Positions 1-14,044 of a stretch of DNA of 64,000 bases are shown here, piece by piece (within the stretch, counting starts at the first letter, position 1; every line of letters starts with the position of its first letter). The notes beneath the pieces are model-generated. The model searched no databases. It saw only the letters and a program-made list of their open reading frames with translations, and was not told the DNA's origin. Source of the DNA: Lama guanicoe (lineage: Eukaryota); contig MU054391.1 in assembly GCA_013239625.1 (NCBI GenBank), positions 8,837,095 through 8,901,094 of the forward strand. Reading direction: 5' to 3'. A program made the translations under genes and the position numbers.

Positions 1-1311
1 GTAGGAATGGAAATTGAGCCTAGACTTGCAGAAGGGAGTAAACTGTGAAGCAGAAGCACTCGGATGTAATGCTAAGCAGCCTGAGCTCTACCCAGTGGGC
101 GTGACGGTGATCGGAAGATGATAAGCCTGACAGTGATGTACTATTTTTGGATTCACTAGAGAGTGTAGTGAGATGGGCGTCATCAACATCTAGAGAAGAG
201 AGATAGGAAGTGCAACTGAGGAGAGAGTGAAGGTGGAGGAGTGTATCCCATGCAAGGAGATGTCCTGAGGGTCAGGTCCAAGCAGAAGAGCAGCTCTAGG
301 AGGGGCGGACAGGGGACTACCGAGGACATAAGAGAACATGGAAAAGTTCATATAACAGAATACGGTGAAGTGTGAGGCAACAAGGAAACAAGAGGGAAGC
401 TGAGGGTTTTGCAGGTGGGTAGGCTTGAGGTTCACACAAAAATAATGCCACGCTTGCTTTTGGAAAGATAATCTAGTCAATAAGAATTTTCTGAATGCTT
501 ATGATTTTCGAGTCTCTTGTCTCACTATCAGATGTACGGAAAATATTATTTTAGATGATTATTAACTATTTTGTTCCCTCAATCTTTTTTTTTTTTTCCT
601 CGCATTTCCACAGCAACAGTTATCGTAAGTAAAGGCCGGTCTCAACATCTGAGGTCAGTGCCTAAGACAGAACCCTCTTATCCACTGGGGGTGTCCTCAG
701 TACCGTAAGGAAGCATCTTTCATGTGGTAATTAATCAATAAACAGGGAATTAATGAAAGGAGGAAATGAGTAGTTGATGAAACAGGTCCTAAATCCATGT
801 TTCATTGGCAAAACCCTGCAAGAATGTTCAGCTTGAATTCATGTTCCAGCTGAAATTACTGATGCATAATAAATAAATAGAGCATTATTCCAAACAAATG
901 TTGGTGTCAAGTAGGTTTGAGGACAGTTGAACAGGGAGCTCACCACTGATTCTGACAGCAAGAGCGTCTTACCCCAAGAATTCTGAGTTTCATAAGCAAG
1001 AATGTGATTAATAAGAAGCTCTGCCTTTTCATTGTCTGGGCACCTCCAAGTTCACCATGATGTCAGATTATCATTTCCCCAGGAAGCATTGCATGGATTA
1101 AACAGGTAGGATCCTGAAATTGGGAAGGTTACCTGAAATTCTGGAACTTCGAATAGCTTCTGTCATAAAAGTATATTTTTATGAAAGTTTTTCTCCAAGT
1201 ATTAAAAAAGTAAATAACATTTAGAAATTTCCAAGTTCCCAAAAGCAAGCAGTCATGTATGTTCTTTGCATCCATAAAGCGCTCTCTTTACTTGTATATG
1301 TACATATGTGA

Positions 1312-1356
<45 letters not shown>
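1312..1356. repeat. Compound microsatellite (TA)n(CA)n
   Basis: Directly visible TA run followed by a CA run. Confidence 0.95.
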
Positions 1357-1723
1357 TGAATATACTCCATTCATGTTTTATGGAAATAATAAATACTGTC
1401 TCTAAGATTAATAATTACTTAAATGCAACCAGGTTATATGAAAGAGCCCATCATGGTCTTGCATGCCTCCTTTTAGGCCAGATGAGGAGTTTCTGCCTGA
1501 AATAACAACCTTTTCACCACTGCATCTGTGACTTTCCCTGTGTTCTCGGATGAAGCATCGCTACCATCCATTCTGTTATCTCCCCCATACATCACTTCTT
1601 GAAACTTTCTCCAACTCCGCTTGACTATGATAATTTATAACCTTGCTGTGTCTTTCTGGTTTAAGACATGATGATGAGATCTCTGCACTAATTAATTTCC
1701 CACCACGGGATTTTATCTATCTT

Positions 1724-2070
1724 TTCATTGATTGATTGACTGATTGATTTAACAAAAGTGAACGGATGCCTATATGCTCGTCACTGAGATGGGAGAAGAT
1801 AAATGGGGTACCATCCCTTTCCTCAAGTTCTTACTGTGGGGTAGAGAAGACCTGCTTGTAAACATAATTATGCTGCTGCATAACTGGCAATAGAAGTAGG
1901 TTCAAATGCTCCCTCATGGTAGTGAATTTCAGTAGATTATTTCCTCCTCCAAGGCAGGACAGTGGAAAGTTTCATCTCAGAAGTGACATTTGAGCTGAAC
2001 CTTGAAAGCCAAGTAAGAATTGTCCAGAGACAGAAGTAATTACTCAGAGTGTTCTGGGGAGGACGAGGCT
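1724..2070 (-). mobile_element. LINE-2 3' fragment
   Basis: Starts with a (TGAT/TCAT)n tail and 'ttaacaaaagtgaacggatgcctatatgc', resembling the antisense L2 3' end, followed by purine-rich L2-like body. Confidence 0.65.
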
Positions 2071-2479
2071 CCAAAGTTGAAACTGTATATCTTGTTCCTG
2101 GAACAAGAAAACTTAACAGCATCCTTCAGTTTTTTCCTGAGATAACAGTTGGCAATGGAAGGACACCACTGTCTGTGAATCTGTTGCTGATCCAGGCATT
2201 GATTATGTGACCTGGACCCACGAAGGAGAAGCTCACTGCCCTCAACAAACAGAGAACCAGGTAAATCCTCTTCAGTGACCATGACAACTATATGGGCCTC
2301 CTAAGTGGCTTTTAAGTCTCTCTTTATTCTCCGTGACACGTAATACGTCTTCTGGACATAAGTCTTTTAAGGATATAACCTGAACCAACAGGCTCACTTT
2401 CTTCAGCATCCCCAAAGTCCGTGGTTAATTTCAGCAAAGTCAGTTCATAGTGTCACAATGAGACAGAATCCCGGGGAGT

Positions 2480-2800
2480 CTGTATACAGTGTTTATATAA
2501 AGCTCAAAAGCAGAAATAAGCTAGATTTTATTGGCATGAATAAGTATTCATTACTTTAAAAAAAGAAAAGCAGTGAGGTACCATAACGTGGTGTTAGGAT
2601 GAAGATATGGTCAGCAAGCAGGAAGGGAATCGTCATCCTGAGGGGCAGCGGTGGGGTCTCTCGGGGTTGGTGGTAGTCACTGATCTGACCTGGATAGAGG
2701 TCTCATGGATGCTCATTCACAGTTCTAATTAGCTACACATCTTTACTGCATGTGGCTTTTTTTTTTTGGTATATTATGTTTCACAATAAAAACATAAATT
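2480..2800 (+). mobile_element. Old L1 (L1ME-like) 3' end
   Basis: 'tttatataaagctcaaaagcag...tatattatgtttcacaataaaa' resembles an L1ME 3' UTR ending in AATAAA. Confidence 0.6.
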
Positions 2801-3104
2801 CTTAGAACAAAATAACCACATTTTGTTCCCTATCAATAGACTCTTGGGTGAATTTGGCCACTGTCCCTAATATTTGAGCACCAAGAATCAGTGCATGCAC
2901 AACTATGAATGGTGTAACATCTTCTTACATCTTCTCTGGCTTCTGACAACCAAAAATGATCACCTCTTTTGTGACCAAACTTGGTCTTTAATTCCTTAGC
3001 CAGCTTTGTGAATCATCCGCACAGACACAGGTCCGATGATAAAAGATCGTATGATCTCTGTGGCCCCCAGGTCACACTATGGCCAATGAACTTATGAACT
3101 GGGA

Positions 3105-3312
3105 TATCAGTCAGAACTGGGTGTCACTCAAGTCCGTCCACCACTTTCCAGGAAGATGACCTTGAGAAAGTAATTTAAATCCTTAAAAAGTTAGTTTTTT
3201 TTTTAACCTATAAAGTGGAGATGATAATTCCTACTCCACTGTCTTGGTTAGAATTAAATGAAGCAACGTGCACAAAAAGCTTAGTGTCAGGCTTGAGTAA
3301 TGCAACTTATTA
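3105..3312 (+). mobile_element. MIR SINE
   Basis: Degenerate MIR core 'tgaccttgagaaagtaatttaa...taaagtggagatgataattcctac...gaattaaatgaa'. Confidence 0.7.
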
Positions 3313-6300
3313 TCTCCACTTGTAATTTTTCTGGGGAGTTCGGGCCATGTAGGTGCATGGCCCTACCCCTGATGGCTCTGTCTGTTACCCCAAGATCCCA
3401 CCCTGTACTTCTAGGTCCCCAGCCTAGTAACCGTGGACACTTGTACCATTTATAAGTCATCAGGATAATGGGTGCCTCTTCCCCTGAGTTTCAGATTTTA
3501 GTCTCAACCTCTTTTTTTTTTTCCCCAGTGCTATGCTCCTCATTCTTAACTGGGCATCCTGGTGCCAGTTGTGACCAATGTCATCACCTGGACTTGCTAG
3601 AAGAGTTGGATCCTGTCCCTCTGGATCCCTTCAAGTCAGATAGATACTTGCTTTACTTAGTAAAAACAAAAAACAAAATCTAGGTTCCAGGCTTCACACT
3701 ACAAACCTCTTCAGTGCAAATTAGGTGGGAGAAGCCAACATATATCTCAGAGTGTGTTCCTCTGGGGGACAGATCCTGGGACAAGCCTTTGGGAGCAATT
3801 CGGTTGCTCGGGCATTCTACAAGACAGTATAAAACACAGTTCGGAATTATCCAAGAGGCTTAATGCATAAACTCCCTGTCCCACATTGGCTGAGGGATGT
3901 CCCTTTTTCCAGGGACATTCACTCTCTGGAACTTCCAGCTCGCCCTGCCCTTGGCTAGAAACGAGCCACATGTATTCCCAATCGGCAGCCTTCAGAGGGT
4001 AAGAGTGGGGGTCTGGGGCGGACGCTCGGTTACAGTAGCAGACACGCGCTGCTACCCGCAGCTGTCATTAACAATGTTCCAGAATCTCCCAAGGAAGTCT
4101 AAAGATCTGTCACATATGAATGCCCCGCAGTGTTTTTCCAGGAAAAGGCCGCTGATTACAGTCTCTTAATGGACTTACCTGATCCAGGCTTGTCTCCTGA
4201 ACTGTGCCCAGCTAGCAAGACCACAGAACAGAGTATTGACTATTTAACCATTAGGAAAGCATTTTAAGCTTAATAACTGCTAAGGAACTGCTCTAAAGTA
4301 AGTAACTTGATGGTGAAAATTGTCTCCACTTATAAAAACAGCGAAAGAAAGACAAATTGGATGCCTTCCACCCTCCACAAATATTTATCTTATTTTTCTC
4401 TTTACTTTTTTCACCATACTTAGCAAAGGAATTTCCACCTAGCAGCTTTTCCAAGCTATCATCATCTTGTAATCTATTAGGTGCCAGACCCTTTATACAG
4501 GGTCTTTTACAACAACCTGGTAATAGAGATGGCGTTACCCGTATTGTAAAGAAGACAGGACGTTTAAATGATTTCCTTCACAAGTAAACAGGAAAGCCCT
4601 GAGCTCAGAAACAAGTTTTGTTTTGTTTTTAACTGTGAGCTACCTGTCCTTTCTCTATACTTCCTCCAGGGATGACAGTGTTGTCTGCTACTGGTCCATT
4701 CTCATCACATGGAGGCACAGGCAGTGCTCTGTACCCGCTGCGCCCCGTTTCCCCCTCCTCCGGACGCAGCCCAGCTCTTCAGGCAGGCTTCCTCGGGGCA
4801 TGTGCCATGGAGACCGGTGTCTGTGCCTGGACGTGTCTAACTGACAAAGAACAGCTCTTATCATGGCTCACACCCTTTCACCGGTCCAGCCCGGACACTT
4901 CGGGGGACGTGCAAAGCCCTGGGATCCTCTTGCACTGCCATTTCAGAAGGCACAACACGCGGGGCTGAATACTTCATCAGTTCTTTGTACTCCTTCAGTC
5001 AATGTTCTTCCCTGAGATCGCTCCAGGTCCTGCTGTGGAAGGCGGGGCTTGGAGAAAGTCAGCCTTCTGGACATCGGCCAGGGCCCCAGCATGCACATCC
5101 ATGGAAGGTGCTGCCTTCTAACCATGTGTGGCCAGGAGCCCAAGCAGACCTCACTGATGTCAGCTCGTGGTGACTCATGCTGGGCCAGGCCTCCTAGGCT
5201 CATCAGAACCAGGTTCATCCCAACCCAGTGTGGGATAGAGGAGACTCAGCGTGGGTTTCACCACTTCTCCCATGGGTTTTGACAGCACACAAAATGGGGA
5301 GGTGCAGGCATAACTGAAGTCACTTTAAGATATTCAAAATTTCATTCAGAGTCGCAAGGTTTGATGGGATAATCCTGCTCAGATGTCTTCTTTCGGGTAT
5401 CACATTCTTCCTGGTCTTGAAAGTGTCAGCCCCTTTTGGTGGTTTTTACCCACCCACCTGCTCACCACCCCCAGAATTACTGACGACCAAGCCCCAAAGC
5501 ATCCACTTCTATCCCATCTTTTTTTTCCCTGCTCCATCGGCTTAAATCTCAGCACCACATCCATGCACCACCTAGCCACAATCATTGCTTCTAGTCCCAT
5601 CATGCATGAAATCCCGCAGTTCACCCCGGCTTTGGTCCCTGCTGAAATCTTGCCATCTTCCTTTAGTACTCCCACCACTGCTCACACGTGTCCCTCAGCC
5701 TGGTGTTCTTTCCCCCCTCAGCTCCATGTTGGAAATTCAGGCCACCCTTCAAACATACTTCAGATGCTAGCATCCCTGAAAAAACTAGCCAGATCTCCCC
5801 AGTGAAAGTGGTCACCCCTCCTCCTGATACCCAGGGCTACTTCGTTTCTGCCTCCCTCACACCACTTCCCTTTAGCAGCCTTTGTCTTGGCTAGTAGTTT
5901 AATTTTTTTTAACCGCCTATGTTAGAATATACATTTCTACTGGATAGGGGACAAATCTGAGCTTTCTGAAATGTTCGGTTGAACAAGATGTTAAGAATCA
6001 TCCATTCATGTCCTGTTCATTAATAGATGAAAAAATGAAGAGTACAAGACAGGGCAGAGAGAGAGCAAAGCCCAGGTATTCCCATCTCATCACTCTCCCT
6101 GCTACCTCTCCGCATCTCCAGCACGGAAGAGAAGGCCCTCAATGTACTATTCTGAAATTGTGTGAGATTCCTGAGTGATTAACTAATTCCTGTAAGAAGA
6201 GACGAGACGAATGAGAAGAATGTGCTCTGTTCTGTCCTTGTCACTCTTCACCCTATTGACACACACAGACCCACGTCATTGGTAATCTTTTCAAATATAG

Positions 6301-6314
6301 AGATCATCAGATCA

Positions 6315-6460
6315 TCAGTTGAGCACCTAATGGTGCCAGCCACGGTATCTGGTGAATTAGGTTTATTATGTCATTTGCTCTTCATGACAATCCTGCAAAT
6401 GGAGCAATTATTCCTGATTTAGAGCCAAATAAACAGAAACTTAGAAAGATCAGGTAAATA
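6315..6460 (-). mobile_element. MIR SINE fragment
   Basis: 'ttgagcacctaatggtgccag...tcatttgctcttcatgacaatcctg...aaacagaaacttagaaag' resembles antisense MIR. Confidence 0.6.
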
Positions 6461-7139
6461 AGAGAGGACTGACTAATTATTCCATGAGATCCATTGCTCG
6501 TCCATCCCCTCTCTTCATGAAAGCTGGTTTATTTTTCAGAACTGTGCCTAGAAGTGATGCTGAACAGAACAAGTAAACTCTCAGATATTTGTTGAAATAG
6601 TAAATTGAACCAGTTCTTCCGTGTGGTCTAGGTGCACAGTGACCATCTGGAGTGGTTTAGGCACCATGTTCCCCTCAAGTCTGGGAAGAGCAACATGCAA
6701 ATTTGCTTCTGACAAGCTAGAGAGGGTGGCATCCTGTCTATAAATGTAAAGGTGGCCATTCCAGAGATGCCGGATCAAATCAGCAGCTAGGGGATGCTGA
6801 GATGGTGGGTACCACTTTGCTCGGAATGCCATCATTATGATCAGTTTCAGGTTGCTTAAGCCTGTTTCCCTCTTAGACTTCTGTGGTGTTACTCTCATTA
6901 ACTGTGCAATTGGTTGCCATGTCTCTTCTTAAGGTGGAGAAGTAGACTGTTTCAGGAAAAGCGATAATTCACCTCTTCTTTCTACCCTCCCTGTTCTTGC
7001 CAGTTTAAGGAGGTGGCACCATTGCTGCCTGGACTCAGACGGACATTCCATTAAGGGAAGGGAAGCATTTGCTGCAAAGGAGAAGCTACCGTGCTAGAAA
7101 AAAAGACCTCACGAGACTTAGAGTCAAAACACTTTAGAA

Positions 7140-7270
7140 GGAGAGATAGGAGCTGGATGACTGGCAAGTTGCTTAACCACTCTGTGCCTCAGTTTACTTG
7201 TCTTTAAAATGGGTAGTACAATGCTCTCTACAGCATATTTTGATGGAAGTGTCCTGTACCTTGTATAACA
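7140..7270 (+). mobile_element. MIR SINE core
   Basis: 'ggcaagttgcttaaccactctgtgcctcagtttacttgtctttaaaatggg' closely matches the MIR core. Confidence 0.8.
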
Positions 7271-9570
7271 ATGTTATCCAATAAAAATATAATACCAGCC
7301 ACAAAGGAAACTTTACATTTTTCTAGTTGCTGCATTAAAAAACAACTGAAGTTATTTTTTATAACAGTTTGCTTATTCCAATGTAACAAAATGTTATTTC
7401 AATGTATAGTCATTAGAAACATTAGAGCCTTACCTGAGAAATGTTTAATGTGATTGGTCTGGATTTAGCACTTCCCGTGTTCTCAACGGAATTGTCATAC
7501 ATAGATTTGTGATTGAGTTTTCACCAAGTCAACACATACAGCGGACATCCTAAATCTTCTGCCTTTTCCAGTATGGTCAGTAACTTTCCTGTTATCTCCA
7601 AATGTGATCTCATTTCTCCCTTTTTTATCCGGAGGCCTCCCAGTGATCGTTTGGACATCTCTTACAGTTAAGATTTCACAGCAGGGTGTACGACGGGGCA
7701 GGTGGGCACTGGTAGTGACATTGCTGAGCAAATCTTCCCGTGTGAGAAGTGTCTCCCGGTGTTCACCCAGAAGCACCCCAACCACACAGCCAACACGAAT
7801 TCTGCCATATTTTGACAAAAGAGCAAATCAGGTTATTTCAATGTAGTGCATGGGCACTGAAAAATGTGTTAACCTCTTCAAAATGCTCATCTCACATAAA
7901 TGAAGGAAAAATGATGACATAAGGGGGTGTCACATGAGGGACAATGCATCCTGAGCTTCTTGTCTAACTAGTGAGACCCCTTTCACTCCTTTGCTGCAAA
8001 AAAAAAATATTCCTGATTCTTCTCCACCCCATAATTTCTCCCTTCTCTACAGTCTGATTACACTTAGGATTTTATACATAAAAGCCATTTTTAACAGTTA
8101 CCATAGTCCATGGAAACTATGACACTAGTCATTGTAAATTGCGCTATTATCTCATGCATCCTTGAGAAAGGGGAACTCTGACAATTAAACTGTGACAGCA
8201 CGCTTTCCTGTCACTTGGAAGTCTTATTTTATACTTATCAAAAGAGGCTTTTGGACTGATTTAGAGCTAGAGGTGATGACATGTTGAAGAATCGTGGCCA
8301 AGTTCATGCTTACGCAGCCAGCGACAGCCCCGTCATGATGGCCACATCATGCCAGCAATTTGAAAACAGTGTGCATAATAAGATCATTATTCCAGAGATA
8401 CTCAAGTGGGAATCAACAGGCATCTCAAAATTGATGAAATATGGAATTTTTATTCTTTGCCCTGACTCTGAACTTCCTGAGAGCATGGGTAACTGTTGGT
8501 CATATATGTTTTACATGTTTAATTCTATGCTACCTTTAAAAAAATTCAGTTTTCTAGCCATGATGATGTAGTGGAAATCTCCAGAATTCGGAGTCATGTA
8601 CTAGCTCTGAGCCCTTTGGGCGGTTTCCACTTCACAGTGTTACTATGTAGTTATCTAAACAGTACGTATAGATCTGGCACACGGTAAGTGTTAAAAATTA
8701 TTAGCTTGTTGAAAAATAATTGATAATAGAACTGAGGAAGAGGAAGAAAAAGCCTTTCTGTCCATCCTTCTCCTGTCACCCTGTCTTGATATTTCAGAGG
8801 TGAGGAGGCTGAAGAACACTTGGCTTCCTGTTTCCAAGGGTCTGGAGAACAATAATGAAGTCAATCAGTCCGGCCTGAGCGATCCTGAGATGGACTTCGG
8901 ACCCAAGCCCACAGGTGACACGGGGCTCTTTTAACCTGATGGGAAGGAGGAGAGAACACAGCAGACACAGGTGGGGAGCTGCAAGCATCGTCTGAAGTTC
9001 CTGAGGTCTGCGGATGGGGGTCCAGGAGTGTCCAGCAGTGAAACCAGGACCACAGGGAACTACACGATTGGGCAAAGGAGCAAAGAAAGGTTTCTTGGTT
9101 AAAAAAAAAATCCCTAGCTTTCCTGATGTAATCCAATTTAATGAGGTGTAGAAATTCAGAGCTCTTTGAAATTTTAAAGCAATTACAACACAAATGACTC
9201 CAAAGCAAGATGATCTTATTATGGGGAGGCCATAAAGTGTGAAACTTCGAGAATGTCAGGAAAGCAGAATGATTCTTGGCTGCTGTGTCAGAATTTATGG
9301 GAGGTTTGTGGAATTGTCGGCACCTGATTATCCTCGGAGGCTGGTTTATCGCAGCAGATGCATCATTTCATTTGGGACTGACTGTTTCTCACATTCTTAT
9401 CAAGGAGGGTGGGCACCTGTTTCGGTGCATCCTGAGAAGTTTCTTTCAGAAAGGCGTACAGTTTAGTGGAGGGGAAAAAAGAGAGAATGTCATTTTCTGT
9501 TGATAAATTGGGCCAAAATATCATATGCAAACACTGTCAGCCGCCCCACCCTCCACTTGGCTGCACTAAC

Positions 9571-9762
9571 ACAGTGGTTCTCAAAGTGTGTTTCCTCGTA
9601 GCATTGGCATCACATGGGAACTTAATAAAAGAAAGAGAAAAACAAAACAAACGATTACCCAACTTACTGAATTAGAAGCTCTGTGGCTGGGGCCCAGCAA
9701 GTTGTGTTTTAACATCCCACTCCAGAAGATTCGAACACGCACTCAGATTTGGAAACTAACAC
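9571..9762. mobile_element. MER5A-like hAT-Charlie MITE
   Basis: Terminal 'cagtggttctcaaagtg' and internal 'ggggcccagcaagttgtgttttaaca' are typical of MER5A. Confidence 0.75.
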
Positions 9763-9989
9763 AATATAAGATCAACCTTGTTACTGGACCAATGAGCCTA
9801 CATTTTTAAAATGCAGTAACAGGCTGTTGGTTTCCATCCACACGCCCAGTGTCTCCCTAGGGTCTGAAACCACCTCCGCCTTCAAACAAACAGGATTTAG
9901 GAAGTTCTGGTGCATCACATCCAAACCAGTATCACTCTCGTGACTACCTGCTGCGGCTCTGCCCTTGTGGCCTGGGGCTGGTCATCGGT

Positions 9990-10320
9990 CGCTTCACAAG
10001 TTTGTGCTGAGTACCTACCACGTGCCAGACCATCGTCTGAGCACTGAGGCTGGAGCAGTAAACAAGGCAACTGAGGGTCTGGCTCCCCTGAAACATACAT
10101 TCCAGGAAAGAGAAGACAGACAGGAAAAGAAGAGGGTTGCCGGGCCCCTGCCCCTCTAATGAGACTAAATCATTTTTTAACAACCTTTATTCTACAGGTA
10201 CTTGCTCAGCATTGACTCTGTGCTGTGTTTTGTGCCAGGCACTGGGGAAGCAGAAGGCGCTAAGCGGAGTGGCAGTGCCCTAGAGGAACTCAAAGTCTGG
10301 GAAACACGTGGACAAAGCAA
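9990..10320 (-). mobile_element. LINE-2 3' fragments (two)
   Basis: 'tttgtgctgagtacctaccacgtgccagac' and 'tgtgccaggcactgggg...gccctagaggaactcaaagtctggg' are antisense L2 3'-end motifs. Confidence 0.6.
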
Positions 10321-11529
10321 GGTGATTTGTTTAAACAAAAAGAAGGCAGCCTCTGTCTCCTGGGGCCATGAAGCCGACTTTACAGAAGTGGGGAGTGGTG
10401 TTCACGGTGCCTGATGAAACAAAACCTGAACTTCTTCAGAGAATGTTCTCCAGAGATGGCAATGTTGTTCCACTATCGAGATCTCTCACTGACTTTCTGT
10501 GCTGAAGACCCCTTTGATGCCCAGATCAGAGCCCCTGTTGTCATCAAGCCTGAAGCCTCCCTTCTCTTTGCCATTTACCCTCCAAACCCATATCTTTAGG
10601 AACCAAACCTTGAATCCTCACCTTGGACCTGGGTACCTGCCGACTGACCACTCCGATGGTACCTGTCACACCTCCTCATGGGAGTGAGTGTTTTACACCC
10701 GCCTGTTGGGGCACCACCAGAACCCAGAGATGCCTCCCAGACAATGCCCTGCATTTGAGTTATCAGCTTCTAAGAGTACACTCCTGTGTGGCCTTTTTCC
10801 CTCTCTGGTCTGTACCGGGGCAGAGGTTGGTCCGGATTCAGTGATGCACTGGTAAATGTGTAACAACAGCTCTCCAGGAGAAGAAAAGATCTCAATTTGT
10901 AGCATTTGCAGGGTTTGTGGTGCAGAAAGTCCCACCATGGGATCTATGTTAAGTGACCACAACAAAGTTGGGAGGAGAGAAACACATTCAGGGCATTCCA
11001 GTTCTGAGTGGTGAACCCCAGCCCACCAGAAATCCACCCTTGTACACACACTGCCGTTAACTTTATTCAGCCTTTACGTGTCAAGTCAGATGGAACACAA
11101 AGCTATTCCCTATTTTTTTCCCTGAGACTGTAAAATGCATGGCTTATTTCTGCTAAGGGAGAAGATGACGGAATTCAGTTGTACCTAAGCAAAGACTCTA
11201 TGGTCCGGCCACTATGTAAACTAAACGATCCTTGAAGTCTTTATCCATTTTTCTCTCTTGTCCAACTGATGATGTTATCAGTGCTGGTGTTCGTATCATC
11301 TGGGTTTGTAAACCCTAAAGAAAACCTTAACCTTCGCGTTCCCTGTTACTCAAAAGTAAAGGCGATGTGAGAATGGAGAGGCAGCCCTAATGAGAGGCAG
11401 GAAGGGAGTACATGATATTCACGGGACGTCCCTCTCCGGAAGGTCCGAGAGGGGATACTGAGAACCGTTTCATGACTGGGTCCTGTGTGTCCTGGGTGCC
11501 ACGCATGGCTAACGCGGTATTCAGATGTC

Positions 11530-12420
11530 ATCAGACTGAGTTAATAAGAATGAAGGCGCCTCTCAGAGAGGCAATAACGTAAATGCATAAGAGCCAGAGC
11601 GCCGGAGGAAACGTTGTGGGGGAAACAGGATAATTATACAGTTTCCAAGTGTCACCCATAGACCACTGACTGCCGCAGAAAGAAGGATGTGCCTTTGCTG
11701 TGGACAAATTTCCGATAGATCTCACCTTAACCCAATAATTAAACAGAACGGACAGCGAGACTGCCTGATCCAGGTGCCTCCTGGTGTGAGCAACAGGTGT
11801 ACAACTTCCTTTATGACGTATTCTTGACGAAACTGTCTCATCGGAGTGTATTCCTGATGTAACAAGCAGATGCATTCAGACTGTGGGATACTCCACAAGA
11901 CAACTGGTCTGGACTCTTCAAAAAAAGATTCCGTGTAAGGAAAATAGGCATTAAAATTGGGGGGACTGTCCTAGAATAAAAGAGAAAAAGAAGGCAGTCA
12001 CATATAATGCCTGGAATCTGAACTGAAGGGGAAAAAAATCAGCGAGGAGACACTTGGGAAATGTGAAGATGAACTACATATTAAATGATATTGTAGGATG
12101 ATTGCTCATTTTCTCAGTTCTGGCAAAGGTGCATTGTCAGCATGGCGGGAGATACTTGCTGGAGTATTTAGGGGGACAAATGTCAAAATGTCTGTGAGTG
12201 TTTCAACAATAACAATAAAAATGGCACCATTGAATGTATCTGTCTGTCTCTCTCTCTCTGTCTGCCTATCTTTCTTTCTATCTATTTCTATCTCATTTCT
12301 ATCTAAATGGAAAGATAAATTAAATGCTGCAAACTTTTTTAACAATTGGTGAATCTAAGTGGCTGCATATGGGTGTTCATTCTATTGCCTTTTTATATAT
12401 CTATCTTATTTCGAAGTAAT
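11530..12420 (+). mobile_element. Old L1 (L1MC/ME-like) 3' region
   Basis: L1MC/ME-type 3' UTR motifs such as 'gacaactggtctggactcttcaaaaaa', 'gatacttgctggagtatttagggg' and 'aacaattggtgaatctaagtgg...ggtgttcatt'. Confidence 0.65.
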
Positions 12421-13431
12421 TATCATTGTATTATTTTCTAACCTCTCTGTAGGTTTAAATTTTCCAAGTCTGAGCTTGTTCACAGGAAGAGCTTCTCACT
12501 GTGAACCCTTGACACCCCTGGATGGCTTTCTGAGTGTCTCACAAATCCTCTGTTTCACCATCTCACACGAGCTGGTTAAACTGGATTGTGGTGAACGCCA
12601 CATGATAGGTCATAAGATGTAGTCACATCAAGGTATATCCTTTTCAAGTTTCAAATTCATTTTATTCATTTATTTCAAAACTCTTCATTCTGCATGGCAG
12701 GAATTATCTAGTTTTAGAAGACAAATAATGGTTTTGTAATCCACCTGTAAAGATATTCTTGAATTTTCAATCATAATGACATAATTTTCTATTAAAAATT
12801 TTGAAACATAGAATTAAAAGTAGTTTAGGAACTCAAACATCAATATATAAAACCTTTCAGCAAAACAGTGCAAAAATAATTGATTCCACACTCTTAGGCA
12901 TATTTTAAGAGCAGAATCGAGGACTGAATGTGTCTAATTTGGGGAGATAAGGTTTAGGCACACACCTAACGGGAACATTATTAAGCCACCGCCACCAGCT
13001 TCATCCAGCAGAGAGGTTCTGATGGTTGTAAAGACACATACTTAGCATTATGCCCACCCAGAGTGAGTTGGGGTCTTCACACCCACAGCCAGTCACACCT
13101 TGATTAAGAGTATCCCCGTGAAAGAGATTTTAGTCCCAGGAGTTTCCTGTGAGTGTGGTGCCAGGGCCAGAGCGGATTCACACAGTCTGAGGCCACCCTC
13201 CAGGACGCAGACGCCGGCCACCAGAAGTCGATCTGGCTCTCAAGTTATGCACGAGGGCATCAACAGCAATGCTACAAGCCCCTTTATTTCCAAATGAGGA
13301 AAACATTGAAAAACTAAAGAGGAAATGAATTGTACACACACACAGGTAAGTATCAGGCTAACCATCCACTCTCCAGCTTCTGGGGAGTTCAGAAAAATCC
13401 ATAGTATTTCAGTGGTAAGATTTCAAAGACC

Positions 13432-14044
13432 TGTTAGAGCAGGCAAATAGCCAGCTATGAGGAGAGAAAGGGGCACAAGGACCAAATGCAGGAAACCATA
13501 CATCATACAAGCACCAGGGGTCCTTGGGCAGAGAAAGAAAACCAGGACCCTCTGGGCTGATAAGCAGTCACAACTTCTGGGGTGACAAGTATCCTGGAGG
13601 CTGACAAAGAAAGATGGGAAAAGGTAGGGATCTCCAGTGTCTGAATGTAACCTTTTGCTCATTGTGTCTTCATTTCAATAAAATTAGCCTTGCAGACTAG
13701 AAGTCCCCATCATGCACCAACACCATGACACTTCCCATTCAGACTGAAAAAAATCCCTCCTCCCTTTGGGAAGGTGGAGTTGGGATGAAAAATCAGGGAA
13801 TACGTCCCCAAACCCTTCCCTCTGCAATGAATATTCCGTCCATTCATTTTTACACCCTACGTAACCAACTTGCCAAAGAAACTCGGAGCAGCTGCTCACC
13901 TGAGCCTGTCCTCTCTCCCCTTGAAAGTATACTATCCATCCCTGAATAAATCCACACTTTACTTTCCTAACCTCTGCATCTTGTCTCTGAATTCTTTCTG
14001 GGATGGGACTAGAACCTGGACACCAGCTACGTCTATCGGCAACA
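13432..14044 (+). mobile_element. ERV1-type solo LTR (~613 bp)
   Basis: TG...CA ends (TGTTAG...GGCAACA); AATAAA at 13945-13950 followed by the U5-type motif GTCTCTGAATTCTTT; imperfect 4-bp TSD GACC/CACC. Confidence 0.8.

Noticed and set aside
4175..4330. Minus-strand exon between a pyrimidine-tract acceptor and CAG|GTAAGT
   Set aside because: Stops in all three frames and no other support.
7672..7815. Plus-strand frame containing 'FPCEKCLPVFTQKHPNH', resembling a C2H2 zinc finger
   Set aside because: Single motif with wrong His spacing, bounded by stops, with no start codon, linker or convincing splice sites; most likely chance.
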